This document shows positions 17,158-26,263 of a stretch of 29,580 nucleotides of DNA, one piece after another. Under the pieces are notes generated by a model. The model was not told the DNA's origin. It worked only from the letters and a program-made list of their open reading frames with translations, and did not search any database. The number at the start of each line of letters is the position of its first letter. Position 1 is the stretch's first letter. Source of the stretch: Candidatus Hydrogenedentota bacterium (GTDB lineage Bacteria > Hydrogenedentota > Hydrogenedentia > Hydrogenedentales > SLHB01). Both the position numbers and the translations under genes were made by a program. The stretch lies in contig BTVY01000063.1 of assembly GCA_045863335.1 (NCBI GenBank), positions 1-29,580 on the forward strand, written 5' to 3'.

Positions 17158-18975
17158 TTAGCCGGGGAACTCGGTAAACCGCAGGTTCCCCATGGGATCG
17201 GCAATCAGGAAGCGAAGGAACCAGTCGGCGCGGTTGTTGATAATCTTGGCGACGACCGTGTTCCAGCCGGCACGAAGTTCGAGAGGTACGTAAACGAAGC
17301 CGCCGGGGGCGCCGAAGGCCTGGGCCTCTTCAATGAGTTCGCCGTTGAGAAAGACTTGTGCGAAATTGTCGGCGTAGACGGTGGCGTGGACGAGTTGGTC
17401 ATCGGGGCTATACACGCTGCATGCGGCGTAGGCGCAGGCAAGGTCGGTGGTGCCCATGATGGCGTTGAAGTTGAGAAGGCCATTGGGTAAGGGGTCGTGG
17501 TGGCGCCAGGTCAGGCCGCCGTCGTAGGTGCGAGCTTCTTCGAATCCTTGTTCGGGACCAAATGTCTTGAAGAAATTGGCGTTCGCTTTCTCGGGGTGCT
17601 CCGGCAGGTGGCTGGTATCGATGGGTCCCAGGGGAAAGGGACCTACCACGTGCCAGGCTGGAATCGCCTTGATGGATCCGTTGGGGTAGATTGGGGCGAC
17701 GTCGATCTCTTCCATGCGCCGGTTCTCTTTGGCGAGCAGCTCGCCGCGGTACTCGATCTCTTGCTCCACCTGGGGCGGGAACGAGAGACGTTCGGCGGGG
17801 ACGTTGAACCGAATCCGCGCGCGAACCGTTTCGCCGGGTGCGAGGGTGTGACGGATATGGACGGCGTTGCCGTGGATCGTCCATGGCGAACCGGATTCCA
17901 AGGCGGGTTGCCAGCCGCTCTTATCGAGAGGGGCGATCGAGGTCTCTACCGTGGCTTCTTCGGGGAGGATGTTATTGACGGTAAGAATGTTTTCTACGGT
18001 GATCGTGCCGGTACCCAGTCCTTCGGGCATGGTTGCGTCCAGGGTGGCGAGGTCGAACACGATCCCGCGGCGAAAGGAAGCGGGCGCGATATCTACGGGC
18101 CAGATTCCGCCGGACGGTTCGACGAGGGCGTAGCTGACTTCGTCTCCATCGACGGTGACGAAGCCGAAACTGTGAAAGCATCCGTATTCCTTAACTTCGC
18201 TGAGATGGATGCCGCCGCCGGTGGCGCTTTGGACGACGTACAGATTTCCGTTTCGCCGCTCGGTCATCTGGTAGTGCTCGTGTCCCGCGACGGCGGTGAA
18301 GCGGTGGCCGGTGAGGGCTTTCTCAAGGCGTTCCCAATCGCGGAGGAAACGGGGGTCGTCCCACATGGGTTTGTGGAAAAAGAGGAAGGTGTGGCGGCTG
18401 CCCTGGCTCGCGGCGAGATCCTGTTCCGCGAAGGTCATCATGGCTTCCCAGCGGGGTCCCCGGCCGTCGAATCGTTCTTCCTCAGTGTTCAAGATGAGGA
18501 AATGGCAGTCTTTATAGTCGAAGGAGTAGTAGGTGCGGCCGAAGTCCTGCGTCCAGAACTCGTAGCATTCAAGGTTAGCGATGTCGTGATTGCCAACCGT
18601 GTAGAAGATCGGGGCGTCGATGCGTTCCGCGTGCTCGTTGTACTCCGTCCACTCGGCGTCCCACTTCGCCCGCTCCTCCATGTGGCCGGGGATCATGTCG
18701 CCGACGGTGACGACGAAATCGGGAACGAGCAGATTGATGGAATCCACGGCGCGATCGTAGATGGGCCACTTCCCCTCTCCCCCGCTGGTCTTGTCGCCGA
18801 GGATGACGAAACTGAATTTGTCGGCGTCGTTGGTCCAGTCACCGTCGCGCATGGGAACGCGATCCTGGAGCAGATCAGGAGCTTCGGCGGGGCTGAGTAT
18901 CGCCACCAGGAAAGTAAGCGCGAACGCGCCGATCCATCGGTACGAGGAACAGGACCGTACTTTATCGATGATCAT
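17158..18975 (-). CDS. Exported calcineurin-like metallophosphoesterase with C-terminal beta-sandwich domains
   Basis: Motifs ILGD, VGDMIPG, VGNHD, FFHKP and AGHEH; hydrophobic N-terminal segment; C-terminal WHVVGPF...VFLNG...LRAGWNTVVAKI module. Confidence 0.85.
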   Translation of the reverse strand: MIIDKVRSCSSYRWIGAFALTFLVAILSPAEAPDLLQDRVPMRDGDWTNDADKFSFVILGDKTSGGEGKWPIYDRAVDSINLLVPDFVVTVGDMIPGHMEERAKWDAEWTEYNEHAERIDAPIFYTVGNHDIANLECYEFWTQDFGRTYYSFDYKDCHFLILNTEEERFDGRGPRWEAMMTFAEQDLAASQGSRHTFLFFHKPMWDDPRFLRDWERLEKALTGHRFTAVAGHEHYQMTERRNGNLYVVQSATGGGIHLSEVKEYGCFHSFGFVTVDGDEVSYALVEPSGGIWPVDIAPASFRRGIVFDLATLDATMPEGLGTGTITVENILTVNNILPEEATVETSIAPLDKSGWQPALESGSPWTIHGNAVHIRHTLAPGETVRARIRFNVPAERLSFPPQVEQEIEYRGELLAKENRRMEEIDVAPIYPNGSIKAIPAWHVVGPFPLGPIDTSHLPEHPEKANANFFKTFGPEQGFEEARTYDGGLTWRHHDPLPNGLLNFNAIMGTTDLACAYAACSVYSPDDQLVHATVYADNFAQVFLNGELIEEAQAFGAPGGFVYVPLELRAGWNTVVAKIINNRADWFLRFLIADPMGNLRFTEFPG

Positions 18976-19393
18976 GGATTAACAACCTTTCCGGTTTTCG
19001 CCCGCAGGGTCGATGGGAATCGAGTTGCCTGCCGTTCCGCTCGAGGGCGCTACTCTCGCGACGCCGCCCCAAATCCAGTCGTGAGTATTGCACAGGTGGC
19101 TATCGAAACGCGTATCGGACGCGAGGAAACGGGGCCGTCGTGCGTAGCCCGGGTTTCTCTTACGCTCAAGCGAGTGTAATGGGTACTCCGCAGGAGATAT
19201 GCACATGCGATGGATTTCTGATCGATTCGTTCATACAGGGCAGGGGTGCGAGAAGTCCACACCTGTGTGCCGATTGATTTACTCGGGAGCATTGCTCACC
19301 GACCCGCGGTACTGACGACGAAATGCCGAAAATTGGTTGCGGGGCCGGAAGACGCCATCCGCCGCTGTTTGCACGACCGTTAGCGGCGACGGC

Positions 19394-20761
19394 TTACGTG
19401 GAAAGGACCACCTGTATGGGACCCGTACTGTCTCCGAAGGCATCGACTTTAACATCCATGGAATTGAGCATGGTGTGGTACAGGTTGCAGAGGGGCGTTG
19501 CCTTGGGACTTGCCACGTGTTGGCCGGTGGTTAGTTTGCCGCCGGCTTTGCCTGCCACAAGGATTGGGAGGTTGTTGGGGTCGTGGCGGTTTCCGTCGGA
19601 GATGCTGGAACCGAAGAGAATCATGGTGTTGTCGAGAAGCGAGCCGTCGCCTTCGGGGATGTCACGCAGGCGGCGCAGCAGGTAGGCGTACTGCTCCACG
19701 TGCCACCGGTTGATCTCGCGATACTGCGCGATCTTCTCTTCCTTGTTTTCGTGATGCGACATGTCGTGGTGGCCGCCGGATACGCCAGGCAGGAACGAGA
19801 AATTCCGGCCGGACACGTCGTTGGCGAACATGAAAGAGAGAATGCGCGTGGAGTCGGTCTGGAACGCGAGGACCATGAGATCGAGCATCAACTTTACATG
19901 CTCGCGAAAATCCGCGGGGATTTTCTGATCCGGCGCCGAAGGAATGGTGGGCGCCTCGGAAGGCTTCCAGTCCCGCGGATCCGGCTGAAGCGAGAACTCG
20001 ATGCGCTTTTCGACGGCGCGCACGGACTCGAGGTACTCGTCGATCTTGACTTGATCGTCGCGACCGAGGCGGCTGCGAAGGCGCTTTGCGTCGTCGAGCG
20101 CCAGGTCGAGGATGCTTTGGAAATCTTCGCGGCGTTCGGCGCGGACTTCCCGCCCGGTTTCGTCTTTGTCGCCGAAAAGCCGTTCGTACACGAAGCGGGG
20201 ATTAATCTCCTTGGCCACGGGCACGTTGGCAGAACGCCAGGAGATGTAGGAACCGTAGAGGCGCGTATAGCCCACGTTGCTGTCGATACCGGAAATGACG
20301 GGGTCGATGCCAAGTTCGAGCGATGGCAAGGGGGTCAGGTGGCCGAGGCGCTGGGCCGCTAACTGGTCCATGGAGATGCCGCCGGCGCTGATGTCTTTGC
20401 CGGTCGTCTTGGTAACCGGTTCGCCGGTCAGGAAATTCGCGGTTTTGGCATAATGCCCGTCGCCTTGCTGGCTCGCGGCTTTGTCGAGACCGGAGAAGAT
20501 GTTGATGGAATCGCGGAGATCCTGGAGCGGTTCGAGCGCGTAGGGTAAGGTGAAATCACGCCCCGTTTGTTCGGGAATCCAGGACTCCTGCCAAACGCCG
20601 TTTGGGAAGTAGAGGCAGGCCATGCGCACCGGCGGTTTAGCCGTAGGCGCAGTCGCACTGGCGCGAAATGGGGCCATGGCATCCAATACCGGCAGGGCGA
20701 GTGCCGCGCCCATTCCGCGGAGCATAGTACGCCGTGAAATTTCCCAGGTCTTTCGGCTCAT
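19394..20761 (-). CDS. DUF1552 domain protein with Tat-like signal
   Basis: SRRTMLRG, ALPVLDAM, YFPNG, SMDQLAA, SLELG, HHDMSHH, LLDNT, HDPNNLP. Start overlaps the upstream stop (ATGA). Confidence 0.9.
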   Translation of the reverse strand: MSRKTWEISRRTMLRGMGAALALPVLDAMAPFRASATAPTAKPPVRMACLYFPNGVWQESWIPEQTGRDFTLPYALEPLQDLRDSINIFSGLDKAASQQGDGHYAKTANFLTGEPVTKTTGKDISAGGISMDQLAAQRLGHLTPLPSLELGIDPVISGIDSNVGYTRLYGSYISWRSANVPVAKEINPRFVYERLFGDKDETGREVRAERREDFQSILDLALDDAKRLRSRLGRDDQVKIDEYLESVRAVEKRIEFSLQPDPRDWKPSEAPTIPSAPDQKIPADFREHVKLMLDLMVLAFQTDSTRILSFMFANDVSGRNFSFLPGVSGGHHDMSHHENKEEKIAQYREINRWHVEQYAYLLRRLRDIPEGDGSLLDNTMILFGSSISDGNRHDPNNLPILVAGKAGGKLTTGQHVASPKATPLCNLYHTMLNSMDVKVDAFGDSTGPIQVVLST

Positions 20762-22740
20762 GCAGCGTGATCCTCCGACGTGGCGCCACTATAGCGGTGG
20801 CGGAAGGGAAAACTCAAGACGATCTCGGTTACCAGCGCGGAGGATCGGTAGTCGTTCTGCTGGAGCGACTTGATGCAATCGTCGACGACGCATTGATCGT
20901 AGCGTGTCAGGGAACGGCCCAGACCATAGCCGAGCATTTTTCGGGAAAGATTTCGCAGAAACTCGCCTTTGCGCGCGAGCAGAATCTGCTTAAGTTCCAC
21001 GGGACCGTCGAAGGACTCGCCGGAAGGCAATTCGCCGGTGGCGTCGATGGGGTGACCCGCCTGTTCGGTGCGCCAGCGACCGATGGGATCGAAGGACTCC
21101 AGTCCGAACCCGATGGGGTCCATCCGCGCATGACAGGAAGCACAGTCGGGATTCTCGCGATGCGCTTCCATACGCTCGCGCAACGTGAGTCCATCGGCTT
21201 GGTGATCGTCTTCGGGGAGGGTCCCTGCATTGGGCGGCGGCGGCGGCACGTTGTCGCCGAGGAGTTGCTCAAGGACCCACTTGCCGCGAAGGACGGGGCT
21301 GGTGCGGAGCGGATGGGACGTGGCGGTCAGGACCGCGGCCATGCCGAGCACGCCGCCGCGGCTGGCGTCCGTGAGATCGACGACGCGCATATCGGGGCCT
21401 TCAATGCCGCCGAGCCCGTAGATGGCAGCGAGCCGATCGTTGGCGTAGGTATAGTCGGCGTCGATCAGTTCGATGAGACTGCGGTCTTCGCGGAACACCC
21501 GGTTGAAAACCAGGGCCGCTTCGGCGCGCATGATGTCCGCGAGAGCATCGTCAAATTCCGGGAACCGTTCGGCGTCGGGCCGGGTGGTCTCGCCGAGTTG
21601 GGTGATGCCGAGCCATTGTGTGGCGAACATCTCACCGAGGGCACGGGCTTTGGGATCGGCGAGCATGCGCGATACCTGGGCGCGAAGCACTTCGTCGTCC
21701 TGCAAGCGGCCTTCACCGGCGAGGGCGGTCAGTTCAGCATCGGGCATGGAGCCCCACAGGAAATAGGAGAGTCGCGCCGCCAGCGGGTATCCGCTGAGGG
21801 CATAGGTACCAGGCTCCGGGGGTTCGGGTTCCGCGAGGAAGAGGAAGTGCGGGGAAACCAGCGCGGCTTTATACGCGAGCTTGATCGATTCGAGGTAGGA
21901 ATCGCCCCGGCGGTAGGCGTCGGAGAACATGTCCGCGAGACGCGTAACTTCCTCTTGATCCGCGGGTCGCCGCCATGCGCGCGCGAGGAACTCGGTAAGC
22001 GCGGTTTCCGCGGCGTTGCGGGGAGCGCGGCCGATTCCCGGGGTAGCGGCGATTAACGGGCTATCGGTCGTGCCGGGCGGCAACGCGGCTTCGATGGCGC
22101 GGTCGGCGACTTCGAGGTACTTTTCAATTTGAATCGCCGACAGGAAGAGGGAACTGCCGTTGTTGTCGAATCCTTCGCCGCCGGCGCCGTCCGCGGGAAA
22201 CTGATCGGCGACGTCAATCGCGATGAGCAGGAGATCCCGGAGAGTGTTTTGGTACTCCATGCGATTCAGTCGACGACTCATGACGTATCCAGGAAACCAA
22301 CTCATGGATTCCTCGTTGGCGAGCCGGTCGCAGTCGGCACTGTCGATTTTCAGTGAAGCAATCCACTTCAGGAAGAGGTCGCGTTCCTCCTGGGAGGGTT
22401 GGTCGCTGCGATTGGGCGGCATTTCGCCGTTCTCAACGCGTTTGCCGATGCGTTGCCAGACTGCGATGGAATCGAGGGCCATATCGGTCGTCTCGAATCG
22501 CTCGATATTGAGGTCACCCCGGGTTATGTCGGCGTTATGGCAATCAACACAATACCGGCTGACGATGGGAAGAACGTCGGTCTCAAATACGGGGTCCGCC
22601 GCGCCAGACGCACTGAAAACTGCGCAGAACAGCAGCGGAACTGCGAACGTTGCGCGTCGATAGTTGATCCGTCCAGTAACGACCTTGCAGCTTGACGACT
22701 TCACTCCGCATACCCTACCGATCCGCGTCTCCCCCGTCAA
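20758..22740 (-). CDS. DUF1592/DUF1588 multi-domain planctomycete-type cytochrome c protein (PSCyt1-PSD3-PSD5-PSD4-PSCyt3-PSD2)
   Basis: Two CxxCH motifs (CVDCH, CASCH), RRLNRMEYQNT, ARAWRRP, RLSYFLWGSMPD, TSPVLRGKWV and YGLGR. Start uncertain. Confidence 0.9.
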   Translation of the reverse strand: MTGETRIGRVCGVKSSSCKVVTGRINYRRATFAVPLLFCAVFSASGAADPVFETDVLPIVSRYCVDCHNADITRGDLNIERFETTDMALDSIAVWQRIGKRVENGEMPPNRSDQPSQEERDLFLKWIASLKIDSADCDRLANEESMSWFPGYVMSRRLNRMEYQNTLRDLLLIAIDVADQFPADGAGGEGFDNNGSSLFLSAIQIEKYLEVADRAIEAALPPGTTDSPLIAATPGIGRAPRNAAETALTEFLARAWRRPADQEEVTRLADMFSDAYRRGDSYLESIKLAYKAALVSPHFLFLAEPEPPEPGTYALSGYPLAARLSYFLWGSMPDAELTALAGEGRLQDDEVLRAQVSRMLADPKARALGEMFATQWLGITQLGETTRPDAERFPEFDDALADIMRAEAALVFNRVFREDRSLIELIDADYTYANDRLAAIYGLGGIEGPDMRVVDLTDASRGGVLGMAAVLTATSHPLRTSPVLRGKWVLEQLLGDNVPPPPPNAGTLPEDDHQADGLTLRERMEAHRENPDCASCHARMDPIGFGLESFDPIGRWRTEQAGHPIDATGELPSGESFDGPVELKQILLARKGEFLRNLSRKMLGYGLGRSLTRYDQCVVDDCIKSLQQNDYRSSALVTEIVLSFPFRHRYSGATSEDHAA

Positions 22741-22795
22741 ACGCGACGCACGAGCGAGTCTTACAGCACTTGTGAGATGGCGCCCTTAACGCCGG

Positions 22796-23029
22796 TTAGT
22801 CGTTGGGCCACTTGAGTTGAAACTCGATCTCTTCTTCATCCGACCCGCGCTCGTGTTCGATATTGATCGTGGCATTCGGGGGGATGGACACCCGCTCGCC
22901 GGCGACCTGGATGCGGAAGCGCTCGCCGTTTTCGATGCAGTCCGCGAGGCGTCGCAGTTTGGCAACGAACTGCTTGGCGGGATAATTCTTCTCGATGTCG
23001 CGTTTCGATTTGCGGCTCCGTGTGGCCAT
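22796..23029 (-). CDS. Amphi-Trp domain-containing protein
   Basis: KLRRLAD amphipathic helix and C-terminal EEIEFQLKW. AGGAG RBS 5 nt before the ATG at 23029. Confidence 0.85.
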   Translation of the reverse strand: MATRSRKSKRDIEKNYPAKQFVAKLRRLADCIENGERFRIQVAGERVSIPPNATINIEHERGSDEEEIEFQLKWPND

Positions 23030-23031
23030 CA

Positions 23032-23838
23032 TCACTCCTCTTTCGCGGTTGGGGTTTGCGATAGTTCTTCTGCCGTTACGCAATTCCGAAGCGGCAATCC
23101 GGTTTCGAGAATTGCCCCAGCGACTAGACCGCTGATCTCATGAGCACCCTTGGTACATAGATGGGTGCCGTCCACTTTACCATCAGGATAATTGGGCGAC
23201 TCGCCTTTTTCCAGATAGAGAAACAAATCGCGGGTGCGTTCCGGACCGATGGCCTCGAACCGTTCCCGGGTAAGCCGGTGTAGGTCGATCAGCGGCGTTT
23301 CCAAATCTCGCGCCAAGACACGGACTGCGTCGGGGTAAGCGCTCATGCTGTCGACAAACTCGCCGGATTCGTTCCAGCCGTTGCGGTTGATGGAGGTCAG
23401 CAGAACGGGGATTGCGCCCGCATCGCGGGTCTCTTGCACATACTGCTGCAAAAACGCGCGGTAGGTCGTAGCCGGATCGGTGTAGCGGGCGGAATCTTCC
23501 TGCTTTTGGTCGTTATGGCCGAACTGGATGAACACGTAGTCGCCGGGGTTCAAAGCTTCGCGGATGGGTGTCCAGGCGCCTTCTTCGAGAAAACTCTTGG
23601 AGCTTCGTCCGCTGCGCGCGCGGTTGTCGACGACGATGCACGCGGGGTCGAAATAATCTTGCAGGACCTGCGCCCAGCCGGTCAGGGGGTGGCGATCGTC
23701 CGGATAGGATGCCGCGGTAGAGTCGCCGATGACATAGAGGCGCGGGACGCTGACGTCATCCGCGTATCCGGCGAGCGACGGGAGTGCGAAAAGTACTGAA
23801 AGAATAACGATCCGGCAAATCAACTGCAGACAACTCAC
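23032..23838 (-). CDS. Rhamnogalacturonan acetylesterase-like SGNH hydrolase (CE12-like), exported
   Basis: IGDST, GWAQ, ARSGRSSKSF, IQFGHND and DGTHL; signal peptide. GTG at 23838 overlaps the upstream stop (GTGA). Confidence 0.88.
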   Translation of the reverse strand: MSCLQLICRIVILSVLFALPSLAGYADDVSVPRLYVIGDSTAASYPDDRHPLTGWAQVLQDYFDPACIVVDNRARSGRSSKSFLEEGAWTPIREALNPGDYVFIQFGHNDQKQEDSARYTDPATTYRAFLQQYVQETRDAGAIPVLLTSINRNGWNESGEFVDSMSAYPDAVRVLARDLETPLIDLHRLTRERFEAIGPERTRDLFLYLEKGESPNYPDGKVDGTHLCTKGAHEISGLVAGAILETGLPLRNCVTAEELSQTPTAKEE

Positions 23839-24920
23839 TCGGGGTTTTCCTCCGAATACTTCCGATAGTCCTCTTCCGCCTGGGCTTCGCATTGGGGGCA
23901 GAATTCCGAGGTCATGTAGTTCTGAACCCAGCCGGTTCCGATGATCTCCTCGAATGCGTCGTGATCGTTCAGGATTTCGTCGAGGAGAAGACGATAGCAG
24001 TCACGGGGTGTGAAATGCTCGCACACGTGGATGGCCACGTTCAGCATCGCGAGCCGCACGAGCAGGCCCTTGAGTTCCCCTTCGACGGCCTCGTCGTTGA
24101 GGTCTTCGGGCCGGGGGAGTTTGTCAAAATCCTTCAGAAAGAACCGAATGGGTTTGCCCAGGCCTTCTTCGTGGCAACGGTCGATGAGCCCGATCTCGCG
24201 GATATCCTCGTCCTCGTCGGGATCTCGTCCGTGGATGATGCTGTCAATGGCGCGGGCTTCCCGGTCGAGTTCGCGTTGAAGGTTCGTGGGGGGCGACTCG
24301 AACTCGTTATCTTCATCCGGCGTTGGCTCGATGGTGATGTGCTCCACTTCGCCGGCTTCGAAATCGGCCATCGTCACGTCGAGCACCGGTTTTCGCTCGG
24401 TCCCCGGCAGGTCCGGCGGGAGGGCGAGGTGCGGGATTGGAATCCATTCGCCTTCGTCGTCGTCGTCCTTAGGTTCCCGGATGCATTCTTCCAGGATTGG
24501 GTCGGCCATTTCGATGACCACGCGTCCGTTCTGACTGTACCATTCGAGGTAGAGCCGGCGCCGCCAGACCGTGGGCGGCGGTTCGCCGAGCCTCGAGCGC
24601 TGGAGGAACTCCTCCATGGGACAGTCGAAAGTGCGCACCCACTCCTTGGCGGACATGTCTCCGGTGGGGCCGATTTGTCTAAATTGGAATCCCCGGTGTT
24701 TTTGCGGGTCGTACACTTCAGTCATAGGGTCGCCTTCGCGGGGGCGAAAGCGAAAGTGTTTTCCCTTCAAGTCATCTTCGCAATCGCCGGTGAGTTCGAG
24801 ATGGATTGCCGTTTCCTCACCTTCTTCCACTGCGCGCAGGACGAGGAAGCCGAAGGTACTGTAGTGTTTCGTGTTTCGCAGTTCGCCGTATACGACATAT
24901 TCACCGAGTCGAATTGCCAT
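23835..24920 (-). CDS. Hypothetical acidic protein with C-terminal Cys/His cluster
   Basis: 361-aa ORF with GAGG RBS, coupled to the next gene. Contains VCEHF...DCY and SEFCPQC. No family recognised. Confidence 0.75.
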   Translation of the reverse strand: MAIRLGEYVVYGELRNTKHYSTFGFLVLRAVEEGEETAIHLELTGDCEDDLKGKHFRFRPREGDPMTEVYDPQKHRGFQFRQIGPTGDMSAKEWVRTFDCPMEEFLQRSRLGEPPPTVWRRRLYLEWYSQNGRVVIEMADPILEECIREPKDDDDEGEWIPIPHLALPPDLPGTERKPVLDVTMADFEAGEVEHITIEPTPDEDNEFESPPTNLQRELDREARAIDSIIHGRDPDEDEDIREIGLIDRCHEEGLGKPIRFFLKDFDKLPRPEDLNDEAVEGELKGLLVRLAMLNVAIHVCEHFTPRDCYRLLLDEILNDHDAFEEIIGTGWVQNYMTSEFCPQCEAQAEEDYRKYSEENPE

Positions 24921-25095
24921 GGCGTCATACCTCGCGCTTGTTCGAGATGGACGTGGGTTCTGGGCGCACCTCTAGTAGTCAAGGGTATCAGAGAACCGAT
25001 ATGACAACAAACCTGGAATTTTGAAATTTCCGTTGGCGTATATGCATAAGGATGGAATCTGTTTACAACCGCACATCAGCGTCAGGAGGCGATTC

Positions 25096-25926
25096 ATGAA
25101 TAAATCAACACATTCCGCGGTAAAACTCAGCAATGGAATCGAAATGCCGCTATTGGGCCTGGGGGTCTGGCGCTCGGGGCCGGGCGCGGAGACCGAGCAA
25201 GCGGTCCGCTGGGCGTTGGACGCGGGCTACCGGCACATCGACACGGCTGCGATTTATGAGAATGAAGAGAGTGTTGGGAAGGGCGTCGCCATAAGCGGCG
25301 TGCCGCGTGACGAGGTGTTTGTGACGACGAAGGTCTGGAATACGGATCAAGGGTACGATTCGACGTTGCGCGCGATGGAGACGAGTCTCAATAAACTCGG
25401 GCTCGAGTATGTGGACCTGTACCTGGTTCACTGGCCGGTGAAGGGCAAGTTCAAGGACACGTGGCGCGCGATGGAGGCAATTTACGAGTCGGGCAAGGCA
25501 CGGGCGATCGGGGTGAGTAATTTTTTGGTGCATCATTTGGAGGATCTGCTCGGTTCGGCGAAGGTTGCGCCAATGGTCAATCAGGTGGAGTTTCATCCGC
25601 GATTGCAGCAGCCGGAGTTGTTGGCCTTCGGCCAGAAGCACGGGATCGCGCACGAGGCGTGGGCGCCGATCATGAAGGGGCGGGTCACCGACATCCCCGA
25701 GTTGCAGGCGATCGCGAAGCGGCACGGCAAGTCGCCGGTGCAGGTGACCATTCGTTGGGAGTTGCAGAAGGGGGTCGTGACTATCCCAAAATCTGTCCAT
25801 CAGGAACGTATTGTGAATAATGCCGATGTGTTCGATTTCGCGTTGAGCGCGGAGGAGATGGCGACCATCGACGGGTTGGACACGGGCGAACGGGTCGGAC
25901 CGCATCCGGATGAGATCGATTTTTAG
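25096..25926 (+). CDS. Aldo/keto reductase (AKR5 / 2,5-diketo-D-gluconate reductase or glyoxal reductase-like)
   Basis: GYRHIDTAAIYENE, FVTTKVW, DLYLVHWP, IGVSNF, NQVEFHP and IPKS. AGGAGG RBS at 25084-25089. Confidence 0.95.
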   Translation: MNKSTHSAVKLSNGIEMPLLGLGVWRSGPGAETEQAVRWALDAGYRHIDTAAIYENEESVGKGVAISGVPRDEVFVTTKVWNTDQGYDSTLRAMETSLNKLGLEYVDLYLVHWPVKGKFKDTWRAMEAIYESGKARAIGVSNFLVHHLEDLLGSAKVAPMVNQVEFHPRLQQPELLAFGQKHGIAHEAWAPIMKGRVTDIPELQAIAKRHGKSPVQVTIRWELQKGVVTIPKSVHQERIVNNADVFDFALSAEEMATIDGLDTGERVGPHPDEIDF

Positions 25927-25964
25927 GCAGGCGGTTCGCGCCTCGTATGGGTAGTGTTTTTCTG

Positions 25965-26068
25965 TCGCCCCATCCGGGGCTCTGTCGTGGTTGGGGGCGG
26001 CTGACCCAGGGTTGCGCTCGTGCCTCGCTCCACCCTGGGCAACAGTCTTCCGCCCCTCCGGGGCGAAG
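25965..26068. repeat. Composite three-hairpin REP-like element between convergent AKR genes
   Basis: GCCCCATCCGGGGC (25967-25980), CCCAGGGT...ACCCTGGG (26005-26039) and CGCCCCTCCGGGGCG (26051-26065). The first and third hairpins are near-copies. Confidence 0.7.
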
Positions 26069-26263
26069 AGAGGAATCAACCATGTAGTTTGGATCGCGTG
26101 TCTACGGGCCGTTCTCTGCGGGCTGCGCGACTACGAGCCACTACCGGAGTATCGAACGACATCTCTGGACTGAGCGTTTCCGAACTGATTCGAATGATGA
26201 TATGCGTCTGATTGCGGGATTCGCATCCCGCCGCCAGGTAACCGTTGAATTCACGGCGCCTAC

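Noticed and set aside
18976-19393. 418-bp intergenic gap inspected for tRNA, riboswitch or small ORF
   Set aside because: No cloverleaf, known motif or convincing RBS-led ORF was seen.
25015-25031. AT-rich dyad GGAATTTTGAAATTTCC in a divergent intergenic region
   Set aside because: It could be an operator, but it is single-copy with no cognate regulator nearby.
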